Positions 36,410 through 49,243 are shown, numbered from the stretch's first letter. The stretch is 64,000 nt of DNA from Blastocladiella emersonii ATCC 22665 (GCA_025594325.1 JANHCV010000003.1:186001-250000), one strand, 5' to 3'. Notes: generated by a model from the letters alone, not told the origin. Translations and numbers: made by a program.

Positions 36410-37696
36410 ATGAGCTACTCAAACGAGGCCGCTCAACAGATCGTCGGCGACTGCCCCGTGCTTGCAGACCTCACGCCCGCGCACGTCGAGTTCATGCAGC
36501 AGTCGCTCGCGCAGAAGAACCTCAACCCCGTCCAGGCCGTGTGCATGCTGGCAATGCAGGTTGGCAACCTCAAGTCAGAGCTGCTGCAGCAGCAGGTGAC
36601 TGTCGTGGAGATGGCGGCGCAGTACAACCAGATCCAGCAACAACTCGCAGCGACGCAGCAGCAAGCGCAGGCGGCCGAGACGGCTTGCACCAAGGCGATG
36701 CTTGAGTCAGGCAAGCATTGCACCAAGGCGGATGGCGTGCGCAACATGCTCGACCGCGCGCAGGGCCAGCTGACCACCGAGCTGGCCAAGTCGGTCAAGT
36801 ACCGGAACAAGATTGACAAGCTGCACGCCGCGCTGCTCGCACTGCACCAGGAGAACACCAAGCGGCGCCCTGACAACTCGCAGCTGTCCAAGGCCACCAC
36901 GGACCTGCTGACGGCCATGGGCAGCATCGACGGCAAGAAGATGTCGCTCAAGGTGGGCCTCAAGCAGTAATTGTCAGCCATCCAGTACTCGCCCGGCGCC
37001 AATGAGGCCTACAAGATCCGGCGGTTCCAGGTCATGCTCATGGGCAAGGCCAAGGAGACGGTCGGCGCGGCGTTCCATGGGCGTGCAGACTGGGCCAACA
37101 ACGCCAAGTCGTTTGAGGCGTTTGCCAAGATTGTGCGCATGCTGCTGCCGCGCGACAAGCTTCCGCGCATGTACTTCAAGGAGTTCATGGACCTCAAGTA
37201 CGTCTGCGGCACGCATGCGGCCGGAACAATCATTGGCGAGTACCGCCGCCTCATGGCCATGTTGGGAGACATGGTCTTGGAGCAGCTGAGCTGCGCGCAC
37301 TTCCGCACTGTGGTGCACCCAGCTGTCACGCTGGGCGGCAACGCACAGTTCAACGCCGCGTACAAGGCCAAGGACTTCGAGGGCATGGTCGCGGCCGTTG
37401 CGGCCAACAAGGCGTCCAAGGAGTACTCAATGCCAGTTGTGACACGCCCGTCATTTGCAGAGGCCCTGCCGTCATTTGCGGTCCCGCACCAGGTCGAGGA
37501 GTACGCCGGCGAGCCCATGGACATTGGCGCTGTCACCGCGCGCTACCCGGGCCAGCACCAGCGTCTTCCGTTGGTGGCGCCGCCGCAGCAGTCGCAGCCA
37601 AGGCCCCCGGCGGCGTGCTGGATGTGTGGCAAGATAGGGCACACTGCGCGCCGCTGCCCGGAGCGGCAGGAGTCAGGAAATGGCGGTCAGGCGTAG
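36410..37696 (+). mobile_element. Ty3/gypsy gag (unit C) with one in-frame TAA
   Basis: EPMDIGAV motif and CCHC knuckle CWMCGKIGHTARRC, ending GNGGQA*. In-frame TAA at 36968-36970. Confidence 0.85.
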
Positions 37697-38283
37697 CGGA
37701 GCAGGCCGCGACGTCCTCGAAACCGAAACCTGCTGATTTGGGTGGTGGTATGCGAGTGGTGGCCGCGGTGGCAGTCGCCAAGGAGGAGGAGGTTGGCGCG
37801 TTTGGAGCAGACGCTGTTGGTGTTGTGACGAAGACTAATGAAGATGCCATCCTTTCATACATTGGTGCTGTCGAGCGTCTGGAGTCGTTGCCAAAAGCTC
37901 ATCTTCATCTTGGCGGCGCGCTGTTGTGTCCGGGTTCTTTGAGTAAGGCGCCAGCGCTCTTGTTCATGATGCTCGACACAGGCGCCCCTGTCAACCTCAT
38001 TAGCCGCTCCCTGGCCGAGCTGGTCGGGCTCGTGACGGAGCGTCTGGCACGCTGGATCGATTTGCGCGGCGTGGTCGGGGCAGCAGTGGGGCAGCAGTAC
38101 ATCACGCACGCCGTGCGGGCAGTTGTGTCAGTGACGTCCCCCAAGTTCATGCATGTGGCGCTCGCGGGCACAACAGCCATGTTTGGCGATGGCGTCGTTC
38201 CGCCCAAGGGCGGGAAACCGGAGCGGTACGGACGCGTCTCGGCGCGTCGCGATTGGAGTGGCAGGGACGTCACATCAATGTGA
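37615..38283 (+). mobile_element. Retroviral-type aspartic protease in the -1 frame (truncated pol of unit C)
   Basis: MLDTGAPVNLIS motif; the ORF overlaps the gag end in the -1 frame; no RT, RNase H or integrase follows. Confidence 0.8.
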
Positions 38284-39434
38284 GGTGAGAGCGAGCGAGT
38301 GGCGTCACCCAGCTCGCGCGGCTCAACTCGACTTGACCAAAACTCCAGCCCATAGCACTGCGAATAATGGAAAGACGCTCCCATGCAACTACATGAATTG
38401 AATTCATCTCGTTCAGGCCATGGGAGCGGTGCCGCTCTTGTCCCGTCATACACGCAACACGGTGCAGCCAGCGCAGGTCGAGTTGAGTTGAGCTGAGCGA
38501 CCGGGCGACGACTCGTTGCTGTGGAGCCCCGCGCCAGGCCGTTGTCAGCTTTCCACCTGTCGCACCTTGTTGCCCTTTGATTCCCTTTGATTCGGCCCTC
38601 AGGGGACGGCAGGCAGCAAGGCGGGCGAGCAAATGCTGCTGCGGGTTGATCCGCTACGGCTGGCTCTTGATAGATAGCGTTGCCTTTGTCCCACGGTCCG
38701 CCCCTACCCAATGAGCGAGCGAGCGTCTTGTACGCACATGCTGCCTGAGTCGCCGCCGCCGCCGCCGCCGCCGCCCGTGTCCTTCAAGCAAGCAAGCAAG
38801 CAAGCACTTGTGCAATGTGCTGTGCAAGGCAAGGCGCTTGCTCCCCAGCCCCAGCGCTGAGGCTAGTCTGTCCCGTCCCCACTGCCATGTTGTCGCCCTT
38901 GCTTGCATCACTCGCTTGCCTTGTTGTTGCAGAAATCGGACTGGATTGCACCAGCCTTTGCGCTTTTGCAGCCCGCCATCTGCCATGTTCCTTTTCATTG
39001 TCTTTCATGACGTGATGCCCAGCGCCGGGTCTTTGATTTGAAATAGCTTGAGGTCAAGGAGCTAAGCTGCTGCTGGGCTGGCTGGCTCATCATCACCACC
39101 AACCAAACAGACCGCATGGCTGCTGGCACACACACGACGCGGTGTGTGCAAGCGAGCAAGCGACCCAAGGAGAAGAACCGCGTCTGCACGCGCAGACGCA
39201 CAAATTTTGAGCGCAACATTGACGTTGCGGCTTGGGCAGCAGCTGGTTTGCGCCAAGAGCCAGCGATCGATCGCATCGCCATCCAAACCAGCTTTTGCTC
39301 TTCCATTTGCGTGTGAAAGCGTGATGAAAGCGTCTGTTGCAAAGGTCGCGCGCTATGGCGGGAATCCACGCAACAACAAACACAACCCCATGGCATTGCC
39401 TTGGACGTTACATCGCCGAAACGGTTCCGGCTGC

Positions 39435-39516
39435 GCGACCCTTTGCGCAAAGGGGGTTGCGCAAACCTGGCCGCGGCGCCAGCTAAAGTGGCGCAGGGGT
39501 TTGCGCAAAGGGTCGC
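39435..39516. repeat. 82-bp foldback with 17-bp perfect inverted arms
   Basis: GCGACCCTTTGCGCAAA (39435-39451) and TTTGCGCAAAGGGTCGC (39500-39516); three TTGCGCAA motifs. Confidence 0.9.
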
Positions 39517-39771
39517 CTGAACCAGGTTGGTGCCCTTGCCATCTCCAAGTCCCCGCTCCCCACGCACGCATCGACCAGTATGAACCATGAATTTTTCTGC
39601 TCCGCCAACTTGATGCCACCTATTTATGAGCGATTGCCTGAGACTTTGACGCGGTGAAGAGAGGCTTTGCGCTTTGACTTGTGTTTGACCTGTGAGACTG
39701 TGTTGCTTGCGAGCATGAAACGCATCAAGTCACCAATGTGGCAGCAAGAGTGATGATCTGAGAGAACGAGG

Positions 39772-41577
39772 TCATGTAATTCGACCAGCGGCGCCCACTA
39801 CGCGCCGCTGCGGGACCCAATTGGGTCCCCTACACCACCACCTTGAGCAGGTCGTGCTCCCACAGGTACGCCATGAGCGCGGCCGACCCCGCACAGTCAA
39901 ACGGGTTGAGCAGGCACTCCCTGTACTCGCTCTTGAGCAGGGCGTTGCCTGCGCCGGCGCGCGTAGACACCGAGGGCCGGTCGTAGTTGGGCACAACGTG
40001 GACAAAGGTCTGGAAGGCCGCCACGTCCATGGCACCGCGGGATGCAGGGCAAGGACCTGTACCGGGATGTTCTTGTACTATTTGCTGCCGCCTGGCGCGT
40101 CGTCCTGGACGTGGAACTGCTTGACGATGGCCACGTTGTGCTTGGTGCCATTGTGCGTGAAGTGCAGCACGGCAGCCAGCTTCCTGACGCGGTACTTCTT
40201 GTCCGACGTGAGATACTACTGTACACGAGATAATAGCAGATGTTAGCGACTGGACGATTTGGGTATGAGCACAGCCAGCAGCGTACCATGACCCAGTCCG
40301 CGTGCGTCTTGCCGCAGGTCAGGAACTGGCACCTGCCCGTGAGCTGCTTGTTGTGGAACCCGCCAAGCAAGAAGGCCTCGAACGAGATCACCTTGGACAT
40401 GAGGAACTACACACGTCGCGAGACGGGGAGCGTCAGTTTCTTGTCACGTTCATGCAGATCGCATGCATGCGGGTACCTTGCCGTTGTTGGGACCCAGGAG
40501 CGGATCGTTGGCTGCCTGATGCGCCAAGAGTCCAGCATCCTCGGCCAGGTAACCATGGAGGATCTGGGCAAGGAACGGGATACGGGTCGAGAGCTGGTCC
40601 ACGCTTGAGCTCGCGGTCGTGCCAAATGCGAAGTGCACCTTGCGCCTGGGACCAAACTTGATGAGGTCAAACGTCGTTGCCTTGAGCGTGGTCAGGCGCA
40701 CGTCGGTCAGTTTGTTGAAGATCTCGTCCATGCCCTCGTATTCCTGTGATGCAATGGTTATGACGCAAGCGTTAGTGATGCTCCACGGCGCGCTAGAGGC
40801 AGCGAATCTGAGCCGCGGGGTTGCACTCCCTCACAAGCGTGCGTGCGCACAATCGCCTGCAGGGCCTCGCACGAGGCCACGCGTAATAACATCTGCTCAG
40901 TCGAGGTCGCCGTGTGGTTCGTGAATTTGGCCACGACCTACGCGTTGAACTTGTGCAAGCGCTCCGTAGCCTTGGTCAACAGGATCGTGGTGGGACCAAA
41001 GCGCTTGATGATCTCGACGTGTTTGCTCAGGCAGCAGTGCTTGGGCGTGCGTAGTTGTTGAAGCGCGCGCGCACACAAACACGCAGCGAGCGGCCAGGTC
41101 AAACCAACCAAGGACTGGTCCCGCGTACGCAAGCGACCAGTCACTCGGCGCTGATCCGCGGAGCAGAGTGCAGTGGAGCTCATAGAGCGTGAGAAGGTTG
41201 AACTTGACGAGTTCTGACCGCGAGATCGGAGCTGTGTGAGCGCAAACACACAGATTTGACAGCGTCAGGCATAGCAAGAGGTAGAGCTCGGTATTTCAGG
41301 TCGGTTGCATAGAGTCGCAAGATGGGTTTGCATGGTGCGTCGAGCGGTGAGGGAGGCGAGGGACGCGAAGGTCACGGCGTGACGCTTTCGTTCTTTGCCA
41401 ATACTTCTTCAGCGCGTGCGTTGGGCGCGGATGGCTGCCGCTCCCGCCGACCCACCAAGTCCCCGCGCGACCCCCTCTATCACCATGCATTCGACGCACC
41501 ACTCCCCTCGGCATCGCATGCAGCCCCGCCCGTACGTTGCCCACACCGCGCCGGCCAACGCGGTGCCTGCGTCGTGA
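39772..41577 (-). mobile_element. Plavaka/CMC-like transposase remnant, copy B (C-terminal part)
   Basis: TPKHCCLSKHVEIIKRFGP..KATERLHK..TNH...EQM resembles the Plavaka PKxH..FG..TE..ExLH..TN..QM region; downstream VHVVPNY..LLNPF; stops and frameshifts. Confidence 0.65.
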
Positions 41578-42361
41578 GGCCGCCTTTGCCGCGTCGCTCG
41601 CTGGGTCCGAGTCGTGTCCGCAGCCTCCACGCTCAACCAAGACGACGAACCGACCCCCGAGACGTGCTCAGGGCCACCAAGGAGGCGTACGTCGCCGCTG
41701 CGGCGGTGCATCCGCGTCGTGCTGAGTCGCCACAAGGGCGCATTTTCTGTCAACTCATCTGCCCCACTTTCGCCCTTTCCCTCGACACCCTTCGCCCTCG
41801 TCACGCGCGGGACCGCTGCCGATTGACCCATGCGTTGGATTGGCTCGGTTGCGCCCGTCATCACCCCCTAATCACTCGCCGCCCTGCTGTGCCGCTCAAA
41901 CACCGCTCACTTGTTCCCCACGTCGCCCCACGTTTTCAGATCTCCACCCACTGGGCGCTTGCGCTGACCCGCGCCAAGCGCGCCTCGTCCAACACTATTG
42001 ACCACCTCGGTGACGCGCGCAAGGTCGAGCTCCCGACGCGACCAGGCTGCTTGACAAGGGCCTCGCCAAGCGTGTGCACGGCCGAGTTCGACAAGGTGTG
42101 CGCGTGGATCGCTGCGTCCACAATGCGACCCGCTTTCTGACGCGTCGTCGGCCGTGTAGCGACACTGCGAGCACGTCGCCGTAATCAAGTCCGCCAAGCT
42201 GCTCCGCGATGCGGTACGCTTTCTCACTCGCTGTGGGCGTCTGCGCCGCCCGGACATTGTGGCCGCCGTTGCCCGCGTGCCCATGATGTCTTCAAGGCCA
42301 AGATCGACTCGATCACCAACTGCACCGCCACGGTCACCAAGGACGCGTCCGCGACGGCCGT

Positions 42362-42850
42362 TGTGGTGAATGGTCGTGCCGCGTGGCTCAGCGCGAGACG
42401 TTTCGAGTCAAGCCACGTCCCACGCGACGCGTTTCCCACCGCGTGACGCGACGCCACTCAGACGCGTTCCCCCTCCTCGTCACCGCTGCGCGACGCGTCA
42501 ACTCGGCCGCGGGCCTCGAACCGAGCCTTCTCTCCGTCTGCTGTTCTACGAATCACACATAACAGTCGATTGGAGCGTCGGTTCGGAGCTCGAGTGCTCA
42601 CGTCATTTGTCGCGCAGGTACTACTCGCCGCCCTCCCCTTTGTCCCCTCATCCCACTCCCCGTCGTCGTCGCTCCCTTCGGGAAGCTCCTCCACCTCCTC
42701 TCGGTTATATACGGTCTGCTGTTCTACGAATCACACGTAACAGTCGATTGGAGCGTCGGTTCGGAGCTCGAGTGCTCACGTCGTTCGTCACGCAGATTCT
42801 GGACTAGACCTCTTGCAGTACCTCTCGGTCCCCGGTCCCCCAACACCGTG
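42362..42850 (+). repeat. Inverted, 5'-truncated LTR plus leader copy with internal partial duplication
   Basis: Reverse complement of the 45770-46080 and 49130-49420 regions. A 96-bp unrelated insert (42618-42713) separates 42362-42617 from a second partial copy at 42714-42850. Confidence 0.9.
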
Positions 42851-42894
42851 AACGCCCAGTGGACCGTGTCTGCAAGACCGCCCAAGGTCGCGAG

Positions 42895-45474
42895 TCAGCG
42901 CGCGGTGGGCAACGTGTTGACAGGGACGTGGACAAAGGTGCTGTTGTGGTTGACAATGTGCATGGTTGGGACTGGCTCACCGTTTGAGAAGTCCGTGTTG
43001 ACGCCAAACTGGTGGAAGAAGGGCATGCCAAGAATGCAGTGGTTACCCGGTTTGTCAACAATGAAGAAGATGAGGTCTTTGGCAACCCCAGCAACGCTAG
43101 CATGGACCAAGCCCACGCTGCGTGCCTTGACAGGCGGGCCGTCACCAATGCCCTTGATGGCCGTACCAGAACCGTCCTCAACAATGTTGAGGGCGGCGGC
43201 AGTCTCGGCCGAGAGGACGTTGATCTTGGCGCCCTGGTTGACGAGCGCAACAAGCTCTACATCGTTGATCTTGACGCGCACGTTTGCGCAGTTGGCCAAC
43301 ACGATGTTGCCCGTTGCAATTGAGCGCTGGACCACATTTGTCTGCGTGACGGCGGCAGGGGCGGGGTCGACCTTGACGCGGGTTGGGCGCCCATGGATGG
43401 CTAGGACGCCAGCCTTGAAGATGCGGTTCTTGGCAAGCAAGCGCACGCGTTTGGCGGGGTCCGTGCTGGCAGCGGCGGCAAAGATGTTGGAGAGGTCCTC
43501 AACAAGGGGCTCATTGTAGGAGCGGACGGTCTTGTACGAGCCGTGGGGCGGCTTGACGGCGGCGGCGCAAGCCAGAACTGGAGCCAATGGCGAGGTCCGC
43601 GGAGGACCAACACTGGGTGGCAGGGACGGGAAGGCGGGACTGGCGTCGTCTATGTTGATGTCCGAGTCTGAGTCCAAAACGTTGATGAGCTCGCGCGGTT
43701 GGGGAGCGGCAGCGGTCGCATGCGGAACATGGACGCGCGGGAAACTCAACAGCGGGAGGTGGCTGGCACCCGTAGGCACGCGGTGGAAGGCCATCTCGCC
43801 GAGCGGAAGCAAAGCTGAGGCGTTTGTGCGAGCGGGCACGACCTCAACGACGCGCTTGACGGCGGCCTGCTCAAGCTTGCGCGCGTCCTGGCTCGCCGGC
43901 GCCTCCTTGGACTTCTTGGTGACGCCGCGCGCCTTCACGGTGCGCACAGGGACGAGCTTCTCGCGCGACGTGGTCTTGTCCTTGGCAGCGGCTGTTGCTG
44001 GCTTGCCCGAGGCCGTGGCCTTGGCCGTTGTGGAACGAGTCTGCATCTTGGCCTCGACATAGAAGAGGGCCTGCTCGTTGCCGTTGGAGCTGATCAGGAA
44101 GCAGAACCTCGGGTCGCCGTCGCAGTTGATGGCGGTGGCCTCCTCAAACAAGATGCGGACCTTGGAGTTGTAGTCGATGACCGTGTTCTGCTCGCCGTCG
44201 ATCATGAGGTGCTGGACACAAGCGCCGTCGCCGGGCGCGACGTCAAGCTCCTTGGGCGCCTCAATGCAGATCACCGACTTGACCAAGTGTTGGCGGCCCT
44301 GGACGGGCGGGAGACCCTTTCCATGCGGCCCAAAGACCTTGGGCGACGTCGGCGTCAGCAGCTTGAAGTCCTTGATGTCGACGTGGTAGTAGGCGGCCCA
44401 CTCCTTGAGGACGGACCGGCGACCAGGATGGCTGTTGCTGATGGAGAAACGGCCGCCGAGCACCAACAAGATGTAGCCGCGGTCGTTGACGGCGACAAGG
44501 CCCGCGTTGACGTCGAGTTGCAGGAGCTGGCACTTGGTTTTACGGTGACCGGGGACGTCGCAATAGAAGCAGCCTTGCGGAGGAGAGCGCGGCTCGTGAG
44601 CAGCGGCGTGCACCGCGTACTGGTGGCCGTGGCCATGATGATGACCATGCCCGGACTGGTACTGGCCGCCGCGGATCTGGGCCAGGTTGATGGTGAGGTT
44701 GTTGATCTGCTTGGTGAGCGACTCAATGGCGGCATCACGGTCGGCGGCGGGGGGATTGGCGGCCTTGGCGATGGCGGGCGCAGCGTCGGCGGGCGTTTTG
44801 ACCACAGCGGCGGGCGCGACGCTGGACGCGTCTTTGCCGCGGGTGCGGCGGCTGAGCGAGTTGAGGGCCATGGTCGGCTTGGCGAGGATGGCTGTGCGGA
44901 CGGCGCGCACGAATTCAGCGAACGTCTGGTTGTCCTTGATCAGGTCGTTGTGGAACTGCATCTGCAGCTTGTTGGGAGCGGAGGCGAGGACCAACAGCTT
45001 CCAGTCGCGGGTCTCGTGCACCGAGACGTGCTTGCAGTCAACTTTCTGCAGCTTGTTGAGGATCTCAGTGAGCACCGTCTTGGTCTTTTTGAAGTCGGAG
45101 CGCGGGAGGTCGTACAGGTACTTGCCGTAGACCTCGGAGGCGATCAGGTCGCTGACGGGGTCATGGAGCTTGACAAGGAAGTATATGAGCACGCGGACAA
45201 CAAACTCGCCCATCTGGCTGGCGATCCAGCTGTTGATGTTGGCCTTGAACTTGGACTCGGTGAAGAAGTTGAAGACGGCGATCCACTGGATGCTGGTCAA
45301 GCCGGTCTGGAGGCGGGTGCGCAGCAGGAACGTGTTCGTTTACGCGCAGAGCGCCTTCTCGCCAAGCACGAACTGGTTGTAGAGCTTGACGGCTGTGTTC
45401 TTGGCTGTGTCAGGCATTGAGTCGAGGATCGTCTCAAGGCACACAACGGCCTTCTTGGTGCTTTCGTTGCCCAT
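42895..45474 (-). mobile_element. Ty3/gypsy-like gag-protease ORF (unit A), one in-frame TAA, protease active site NQGA
   Basis: ATG 45474; TAA at 45340-45342 in frame; CCHC CFYCDVPGHRKTKC; ALVNQGAKINV...CILGMPF protease fold; stops right after the protease. Confidence 0.85.
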
Positions 45475-45878
45475 GGTCGATACGAGTAGGCGGCGCGGCC
45501 GGGCGCGGCAACGAGCGAGGGGGAAATGGGGTGGGACTTGGGTGCTGAGAGAGCGGAGTGACGAGCGGGGCGACGCGAGAGGGCGTGCGGGACAACGAGA
45601 GCGAGGCAAGCGTGAAGGCGAGCGCGGGCGGACCGACGTGGTACGCTGCGTGACAAGAACTCGCAGAAGGTCGAGTGACACCTGGCGGGTGGCGACCTTG
45701 TGGAACGACAACTGGACGAGGATACGAAAGTGGACTGCTGCGTAGACAACGCAGTACCCCGATTCTCCAGCACGGCGTTGGGGGACCAGGGACCGAGAGG
45801 TACTGCAAGAGGTCTAGTCCAGAATCTGCGCGACAAACGACGTGAGCACTCGAGCTCCAAACCGACGCTCCAATCGAC

Positions 45879-46131
45879 TGTTACGTGTGATTCGTAGAAC
45901 AGCAGACGGAGAGAAGGCTCAGGTCGAGGCCCGCGGCCGAGTTGACGCGTCGCGCAGCGGTGACAAGGAGGGGGAACGCGTCTGAGTGGCGTCGCGTGAC
46001 GCGATGGGAAACGCGTCGCGTGGGACGTGGCTTGACTCGAAACGTCTCGCGCTGAGCCACGCGGCACGACCATTCACCACACCGACTCCCCCCTGGGACA
46101 CGAGACCTCGCCTCCGGCGTAGCGAGTGGCA
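45879..46131 (-). repeat. LTR (about 253 bp) upstream of unit A
   Basis: Minus-strand ends TGCCAC...GTAACA; near-identical to 49244-49477 except a central variable segment. Confidence 0.8.
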
Positions 46132-48850
46132 CGTCTCGGATGATGGGTGCCGCTGGATCAGCGCGATCTTGATCTCGAGGCACGTCGTTGGGCGGGACGA
46201 GGTCCGCGACCCGTGAGCACGACTTGATGCGCGTGAGGCGGATCGGTCGTGCGTAGAGGACCGGGTTGTTGACGTCTAGTGTCGACGCGAGTCGACGAGC
46301 GGCGAACAACGAGTCGCAGGGTACTTGCACAAGGTCGCCGTTGTTGTTGGTGACGTGCAGCGTCGCGGTCGTTGACCCAAACTTGAAGCCCGTGTGGACG
46401 CGGAACGTGTGGAAGAAGGGCATGCCAAGAATGCAGTGGTTGCTGGGGTTGTCGAGGACGTAGAACGAGAGGTCGCGGTCGACGCTGGCGATGGACACGT
46501 TGGCAGAGCCCGCGCTTCGTGCCCTTACTGCGGGACCATCCCCAACGCCCTGGACAGAGGCCGTTGCACCGTCCAAGACGAGGTTGAGGCGCGACGCGAC
46601 GGCGGCGGACATGACGTTGATCTTGGCGCCCAGGTCGACCAGCGCCATGATCTCGGTGCCGTCAATGACAATGCGCACGTAGTTGCAGTTGGCCGACACG
46701 ATGTTGCCCGTTGAGATTGAACGTTGGACGACGTTGGCCTGCACAACGACGTTGCCTGGACCGTGAGCCTGCACGACGACGTCGCCTGGACCGTGAGCCG
46801 GATCATGGGCGTCGTGGCCATGAAGGGCAACGAGCCCGGCGATGACGGTTGGGTTGCTAAAGAGCTCCTCGAGGCGCTTCGCACTAGTCTTGTTGAGTAC
46901 GGCCGCGCAGAGCTTGAGGAACGCTTGTACGAGAGCGGTGTCAATGACGCGCACCGTGTTGCCCGCGATTGGCGGCTCTGCGGCGGCGGCCAGCTTCCCC
47001 TCGACAACAGGACGAGCAGGCGCGGCCAGCGATGCGGGTAGTTGCGGACGCGGGGAGGAGCGGGTTGGCTCGGGCGCGTCAACGCCTGAGTCGAAGTCGG
47101 GAACGTTGCCGACCTTGGGCGCCTGCGGAAGCACGACGGCAGGATGGTGCGTGACGCGAGCACGAGGAAAGCTCGATGAGGGTAGGTCGCTGGCGCCCGC
47201 GGGAACGCGATGGAGCGACGCCAAGTCGAGTAGGTGCGAGAGAGAAGCGTTTGGGTGGGCGGGGACAAGCGCAACGGCGTGCTCCAGGACGGTCTCCTTA
47301 GCAGCGGCGTGAGCCTTTGTCACACGCACCGGTACGAGCTTCTTGCGCGTGATGTAGGCGGCGGGCTTTCTGTATGCCGCCGAGCTTGTTGCCGATTGAG
47401 TCTGCGTCTTGGCCTCGACGTAGAAGAAGGCCTCGTCGCTGCCGTCGGCGCGCACGAGCCAGCAGAAGTTTGGGTCGCCGCGGCGGTTGATGTCGGCCAT
47501 GTCGCCAACGGATACGCGGGCCTCGCGCGACAAGTCAACGTTCACCTCATACTCCTCGATGATGGCGAGCTGGTGGACGAACGGGTTCAGCGCGCCAACA
47601 GGTTTAGCCGTCTCGGCGACGTTGGTCGGCTCGATGATCATGAGCGACTTGACGGAGTGGCGAAGCGAAGAACCGGTCGGGAGGCCCTTGCCGTGCGGGC
47701 CAAAGATGTTGGGCGACAAGGGTGTCGGCATCTGGAAGTCCTCGACGTTGACCTGGCAGTAGCGCGACCACTCCTTGTGCACGGACTTGCGCGCGGATGG
47801 GTTGTTGCCAACAGGGAGGCTGCGCCGGGAGAGCGCCGACATCATGAACCCGTTCTCGCTTAGCGCCACGAGACCGGCATCAAGATCGAGCTGCATGAGG
47901 CGGCACTGGTTCTTCTGGTGGTCGGGTGCTGCGCAGTAGAAGCACTCACGCGAGCCAGCGTACGGCGGCCCACAGGCAGCGGCGTGCACCGCGTACTGGT
48001 GGCCGTGCCCGTACTGGTACTGGTGGCCATGGATCTGGGCCACGTTGAGGGCGAGCTTCTCGACCTGCTTGGTGAGCGACTCAATGGCGGCGTCACGGAC
48101 ATCGGGAAGGTTGGCGGCCTTGATGGCGGACGGCGGAGCAACAGTGGCAGCGGGCGCGGGCAGCGCAGGGGCAGCCACAGCGGCAGCAGCGGCGAGGTTC
48201 TGCTTGTTGTGGACGAAGCGGGCGAAATCGTCCAGCGTCGACGCCGGCATCTTGACCATGGACGCACGCAAGGCGCGCGCGAACTCGGCAAACGACTGCG
48301 TGCCCTTGTTGAGGTCGCCCATGAACTGCAAGTGCAGGTCACTCGGGACCGTAGCCAGAACGAGCGACTTCCACTTGCGGGACATGGTGTTGTTGAGGCG
48401 CTCGTGGTTGACCTTCTGGAACCGGTTGATAGCCTCGGTCAGCACGGTCTTGGACTCGCGCAGCGAGACCTTGGGCATGTTGTCAAGGTACTTGGTGAAC
48501 TCCTCGGGCGAAATCGAGTCGCCGGCGGGATCGTGAAGGCTGAGCAGGTAATCGAGGGCGTGGTTCACCTTGATGGGCTTGGTCTGCGCGGAGCACCAGG
48601 CCTCGAGGTCGTCCTCGTAGTCGTTGACAGTGAAGTTGCTGAATAGCGCGATCCACTCGAGGTCAGTGATGCCAGTCTGGAGGGCGATGATGGACCGGAA
48701 CTTCTTGGTCAGGTCGTGGAGCGGCTTCTTCTCGTCGCTCATGATCAAGTTGTGGATGGAGAGGGCCGTCTTGCAGGCATCAGGGCTCAGCTTCTCGATG
48801 ACGCCCGCGAAGGACACAGTGGTCGCGACGGGCTTGGCGTCGCCGGGCAT
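45881..48850 (-). mobile_element. Ty3/gypsy-like gag-protease ORF (unit B), uninterrupted, reading into the next LTR
   Basis: ATG 48850 (MPGDAKP), 989 codons without a stop; CCHC CFYCAAPDHQKNQC; protease ALVDLGAKINV...CILGMPF; no RT or integrase. Confidence 0.87.
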
Positions 48851-49243
48851 GGTCGGGAAGTAGTACGCGTCGCGCGGGAGAGTGGGAAGGATCGAGTGGG
48901 ACTTGGGTGCTGAGAGAGCGGAGTGACGAGCGGGGCGACGCGAGAGGGCGTGCGGGACGACGAGAGCGAGGCAAGCGTGAAGGCGAGCGCGGGCGGACCG
49001 ACGTGGTACGCTGCGTGACGAGAACTCGCAGAAGGTCGAGTGACACCTGGCGGGTGGCGACCTTGTGGAACGACGACTGGACAAGGATACAAAAGTGGAC
49101 TGCTGCGTAGACAACGCAGTACCCCGATTCTCCACCGCGGTGTTGGGGGACCGGGGACCGAGAGGTACTGCAAGAGGTCTAGTCCAGAATCTGCGCGACG
49201 AACGACGTGAGCACTCGAGCTCCGAACCGACGCTCCAATCGAC

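Noticed and set aside
42362-46131. DIRS/tyrosine-recombinase retrotransposon
   Set aside because: No YR, RT or methyltransferase ORF. An aspartic protease and TG...CA LTR ends point to Ty3/gypsy.
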